Part shown: positions 32,731-35,909 of the stretch, piece by piece
How the letters are laid out: the number at the start of each line of letters is the position of its first letter
How positions within the stretch are numbered: position 1 is the stretch's first letter
Source of the DNA: Clostridia bacterium
GTDB lineage: Bacteria; Bacillota; Clostridia; Christensenellales; UBA1242
Length of the DNA: 35,909 nucleotides
Reading direction: 5' to 3'
Assembly (NCBI GenBank): GCA_017399515.1
Contig: JAFQBZ010000058.1
Span: 1 to 35,909, forward strand
Position numbers and translations under genes: made by a program
Notes under the pieces: model-generated
What the model saw: the letters and a program-made list of their open reading frames with translations, nothing else
Told to the model about the DNA's origin: nothing
The model's database searches: none

Positions 32731-34929
32731 ATGAAACTCGTTTTAATAGAAGGTCCTGGTAAAAAAGACAGTGTTCAACATTATTTAGGTGATGAATATA
32801 AAGTTATGCCAACATTTGGTCATTGTCGTGATTTGCCACAAAAAGGGCTTGGTGTTGATGTTAAAAATAATTTTGCACCAGAATATGTTGTTGTTCCTGA
32901 CCACAAAAAATATGTTGATAACATAAAGAAAGAAATGAAGAAGGCTGAAGCCGTTTATTTTGCAAGCGACCCTGATCGTGAAGGAGAGGCTATTGCATGG
33001 CATATGTGCCATCTTTTAGATATCGACCCAAGTGAAGCAAACAGAATAACATATAACGAAATCAGTGAAGAAGCAGTAAACTATGCAATTAAAAATCCAA
33101 GACCAATTGACAATAAACTTGTTGACGCACAGCAGGCGCGTCGTGTTCTTGATAGACTTGTGGGTTATAAAATTTCTCCAATTCTTTGCAAAAAAATTCA
33201 AAACAATTTGTCAGCCGGTCGTGTTCAATCAGTTACACTTCGACTTGTTGTTGACAGAGAAAGAGAAATTGAAAACTTTAAGCCAGAAGAATATTGGACA
33301 CTTCAAGTTATTCTTGCTAAGCAAGATGGTTCAAAAGAAACATTCAAGGCAACACTTAATCTTGGAAAAGACAAAACTGTTAAGTCTAAAGAAGAGATGG
33401 ATAAGATTGTTGCAGATATTATGGGGCAAGATTTTGTTGCAACCAATGTCAAAAAATCAGTGACAAAATCATCTCCAAGTGCACCATTCACAACTTCAAC
33501 AATGCAACAAGATGCACTTAACAAACTTGGAATGAGTTTAAAAACCACAAGCAGAGTTGCTCAAACACTTTATGAAGGTGTTGAAATTGCAGGTCAAAAC
33601 AAAAAGCAACCACTTGTAACATATATTAGAACTGACTCAACTCGTGTTGCTCCTGAAGCACAAGCAAAAGCAAAGGCTTTCATTAAAGATAACTATGGTG
33701 ATAAATATGTTATTGAAAAACCAAGAAACTTTAAAAACAAGAAAGATGCTCAAGATGCGCACGAAGCAATTCGTCCAATTTCACTTAAATTCAAGCCAGC
33801 AGATTTGAAAGACAGAATTTCAAAAGATGAATATAAACTTTATAAACTTATTTATGACAGATTTTTAGCAAGTCAAATGGCTGATGCAACTTACAATTCA
33901 CTTTCGGTTGATATTGAATGTAATGGTTATAAATTCAAAACAACAGGAAGAAGTTTGATTTTTGACGGTTACACAGCGATTTATAATAACCAAAGTCAAG
34001 ATGAAGATGATGAAACATCATCAAAACTTCCAAATATTGAAAAGGGTGACAAATTCAGTGCAAAGGAAACTAAGCCTGAACAAAAATGGACAAAGCCACC
34101 AGCAAGATACACAGAAGCAAGTCTTGTTAAGGCAATGGAAGAAAAAGGTATTGGGCGTCCATCAACATACACACAATCAGTTTCAACATTGTTTACAAGA
34201 AAGTATGTTGACAGAGATGGAAAGTCCATCGTTCCAACAGAACTTGGAAAGATTGTTGTTGATATGCTTATCAAGTTCTTCCCAGACATTATGAACATTA
34301 AGTTTACTGCTGAAATGGAAGAAACTCTTGATGATATTGAATATGAAGGCAAAGAATGGACTGCTGTTATTTCAGAATTTTATAACGGTGGTTTTGAAAC
34401 TTCAGTAAGACAAGCAATGAGTGACAGCACAAAGGCAAGAATTCCTGATGAAGAGAGTGATGTTGAATGCGACAAGTGTGGTGCTAAAATGGTTATTCGT
34501 TCAGGAAGGTTTGGGAAGTTCCTTGCTTGCCCAAATTATCCAACATGCAAAAACACAAAGCCACTTGAAGATGAAAAGAAAGTGGTGGCAGTGTGTCCAA
34601 TCTGCGGAAAGAATGTCGTTTCAAGAAAATCTAAAAAAGGCAAAATTTTCTATGGTTGTGAGGCTTGGCCAGATTGCTCATTTGTGTCTTGGGATATTCC
34701 TGCAAATGAGAAATGTCCAAATTGCAAAGAAGAGATGATTGTTAAACTTTATAAAAACTTAAAAGTCATTTCTTGCAAAAAATGTAATTATAATAGAAAA
34801 GAAAAGAGAGAGAATGTTTCAGCAGAATCTCAAAGTGAACCTGCTTATGCAGAAATGGATAACAGTTCACAAATTCCTGAAAACAGTATTGATATATTAA
34901 ACCAATTAGATGAACAAAATGAAAAATAG
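32731..34929 (+). CDS. topA: DNA topoisomerase I with three C-terminal zinc ribbons
   Basis: TOPRIM (LIEGPGK, ASDPDREGEAIAW), QQARRVLDRLVGY, the active-site Tyr in VTYIRTDSTR, and Cys4 ribbons CDKCG..CPNYPTC, CPICG..CEAWPDC and CPNC..CKKC. Confidence 0.96.
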   Translation: MKLVLIEGPGKKDSVQHYLGDEYKVMPTFGHCRDLPQKGLGVDVKNNFAPEYVVVPDHKKYVDNIKKEMKKAEAVYFASDPDREGEAIAWHMCHLLDIDPSEANRITYNEISEEAVNYAIKNPRPIDNKLVDAQQARRVLDRLVGYKISPILCKKIQNNLSAGRVQSVTLRLVVDREREIENFKPEEYWTLQVILAKQDGSKETFKATLNLGKDKTVKSKEEMDKIVADIMGQDFVATNVKKSVTKSSPSAPFTTSTMQQDALNKLGMSLKTTSRVAQTLYEGVEIAGQNKKQPLVTYIRTDSTRVAPEAQAKAKAFIKDNYGDKYVIEKPRNFKNKKDAQDAHEAIRPISLKFKPADLKDRISKDEYKLYKLIYDRFLASQMADATYNSLSVDIECNGYKFKTTGRSLIFDGYTAIYNNQSQDEDDETSSKLPNIEKGDKFSAKETKPEQKWTKPPARYTEASLVKAMEEKGIGRPSTYTQSVSTLFTRKYVDRDGKSIVPTELGKIVVDMLIKFFPDIMNIKFTAEMEETLDDIEYEGKEWTAVISEFYNGGFETSVRQAMSDSTKARIPDEESDVECDKCGAKMVIRSGRFGKFLACPNYPTCKNTKPLEDEKKVVAVCPICGKNVVSRKSKKGKIFYGCEAWPDCSFVSWDIPANEKCPNCKEEMIVKLYKNLKVISCKKCNYNRKEKRENVSAESQSEPAYAEMDNSSQIPENSIDILNQLDEQNEK

Positions 34930-35909
34930 AGTTAATGTCATAGGATTAGGCTTAGCAGGAGTTGAAGCAACTTATCAACTTGCAAAGCGTGGAATTTTGG
35001 TTGATGCCTTCGAAATGAAGCCAACCAAATTTTCTCCTGCACACGAAAGTGAAAACTTTGCAGAGATTGTATGTTCAAACTCGTTTAAAAGTGCAGACCA
35101 AAGCACAGCGTCAGGTTGTTTAAAGGCTGAAATGAAAGAACTTGATTCAATCATTTTAAAATGCGCAGAAGAAGTTAAAGTTCCTGCTGGTTCAGCACTT
35201 GCTGTTGATAGAGATAAATTTAGTGAACTTGTGACAAAAAAGATAAGTGAAATGCAAGGTGTTACAATTCATAGAGAAGAAGTAACAAAACTTGACCTTT
35301 CTGTTCCAACCATTGTTGCAACAGGACCGCTTACAAGTGACGCTCTTTCCAGTGAAATTGCTTCGCTTATAGGAAGTGACAATTTGCATTTCTATGACGC
35401 GTCTGCACCAATAATTGATGCGGATACGCTAGACAAGTCAAAAACATTCACTGCTGGAAGATATGGCAAAGGTGATAGTGATTATATCAATTGCTATATG
35501 GATAAAGATGAATATTACGCTTTTATTAAAGAGTTAGTGAATGCTGAAAGAGTGGAACTTCATTCATTTGAAAAGAAAGAGATTTTTGAAGGTTGTATGC
35601 CTGTTGAAGTTATGGCTTCAAGGGGAGAAGATACACTTAGGTATGGTCCACTTCGTCCAGTTGGGTTAAGACTTGATGACGGAACAAGACCATTTGCAGT
35701 TGTTCAACTTAGAAAGGAAAGCAACAGCAACAACTTATATAATATTGTTGGCTTTCAAACAAACTTAAAATTTGGAGAACAAAAAAGGGTATTTTCGTTA
35801 ATTCCTGCATTAAAAAACACCGAATTTTTAAGGTATGGCGTTATGCATAAAAATACTTACATTAATTCGCCAAAAGTTTTGAATTCTGACTTTTCGTTAA
35901 AAGGTAATA
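34919..35909 (+). CDS. trmFO: Methylenetetrahydrofolate--tRNA-(uracil54-C5)-methyltransferase TrmFO (Gid). The 3' end lies beyond the window
   Basis: My own translation from ATG 34919, which overlaps the topA end by 11 nt. It reads MKNRVNVIGLGLAGVEATYQLAKRG (FAD dinucleotide fold), EIVCSNSFKS, ALAVDRDKF, VATGPLTS, FEGCMPVEVMA and FQTNLKFGEQKRVF. The frame is open to the last base. It is absent from the ORF track because no stop codon is reached. Confidence 0.93.
   Translation, partial: MKNRVNVIGLGLAGVEATYQLAKRGILVDAFEMKPTKFSPAHESENFAEIVCSNSFKSADQSTASGCLKAEMKELDSIILKCAEEVKVPAGSALAVDRDKFSELVTKKISEMQGVTIHREEVTKLDLSVPTIVATGPLTSDALSSEIASLIGSDNLHFYDASAPIIDADTLDKSKTFTAGRYGKGDSDYINCYMDKDEYYAFIKELVNAERVELHSFEKKEIFEGCMPVEVMASRGEDTLRYGPLRPVGLRLDDGTRPFAVVQLRKESNSNNLYNIVGFQTNLKFGEQKRVFSLIPALKNTEFLRYGVMHKNTYINSPKVLNSDFSLKGN

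Noticed and set aside
1-35909. Scan for CRISPR arrays, IS/transposase or integrase genes, rRNA, and defence-system hallmarks (large ATPase/nuclease clusters, reverse transcriptase, restriction-modification)
   Set aside because: None was found. Every ORF over 100 aa that is not an antisense or off-frame artefact (the overlapping ORFs rejected above) is accounted for. The largest non-coding gap (958-1325) is a promoter/leader region.

Overview
This is an AT-rich, Firmicutes-type core-chromosome segment read with the standard genetic code. It carries about 36 protein genes, nearly all on the + strand, and one tRNA. Most of it is housekeeping, and the gene order resembles the Bacillus subtilis ylb/ylx/ylq neighbourhoods. 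The order is metG, alr, rsmD, ylbJ-like, tmcAL (ylbM), pta-ackA, rpmF, plsX-rnc-smc-ftsY, ylxM-ffh-rpsP-KH protein, aspS, rimM-trmD, rbgA, rnhB, yraN, rplS, comM-dprA, topA-trmFO. Sigma-A-like promoters and rho-independent terminators can be read in most intergenic gaps. I see no CRISPR array, rRNA, transposase or integrase, and no intergenic gap exceeds about 370 bp. I found no convincing multi-gene novel system in the core region. The only clearly accessory DNA is the left-most ~1 kb. There a tRNA-Lys(CUU) gene has its 3' 21-22 nt duplicated 107 bp downstream, which looks like an att-type scar. Next to it sits a stand-alone barnase-family RNase that carries a phage MuF-like Cys knuckle instead of a signal peptide. 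That gene is followed by the first 16 codons of a candidate inhibitor gene, which runs off the window edge. This looks like the edge of an integrated element carrying a toxin/immunity pair and is the best lead. Secondary leads:
- a MetRS whose HIGH signature reads TLGN;
- a 20-bp strand-specific RNA hairpin between smc and ftsY;
- a YraN nuclease with a ~50-aa lysine-rich insertion inside its PD-(D/E)xK motif;
- three orphan ORFs inserted in conserved operons: a transglutaminase-like Cys-His-Asp protein, a Rossmann/SAM-MTase-like protein and a 135-aa unknown.
All family calls come from motif recognition by eye. No database search was run.
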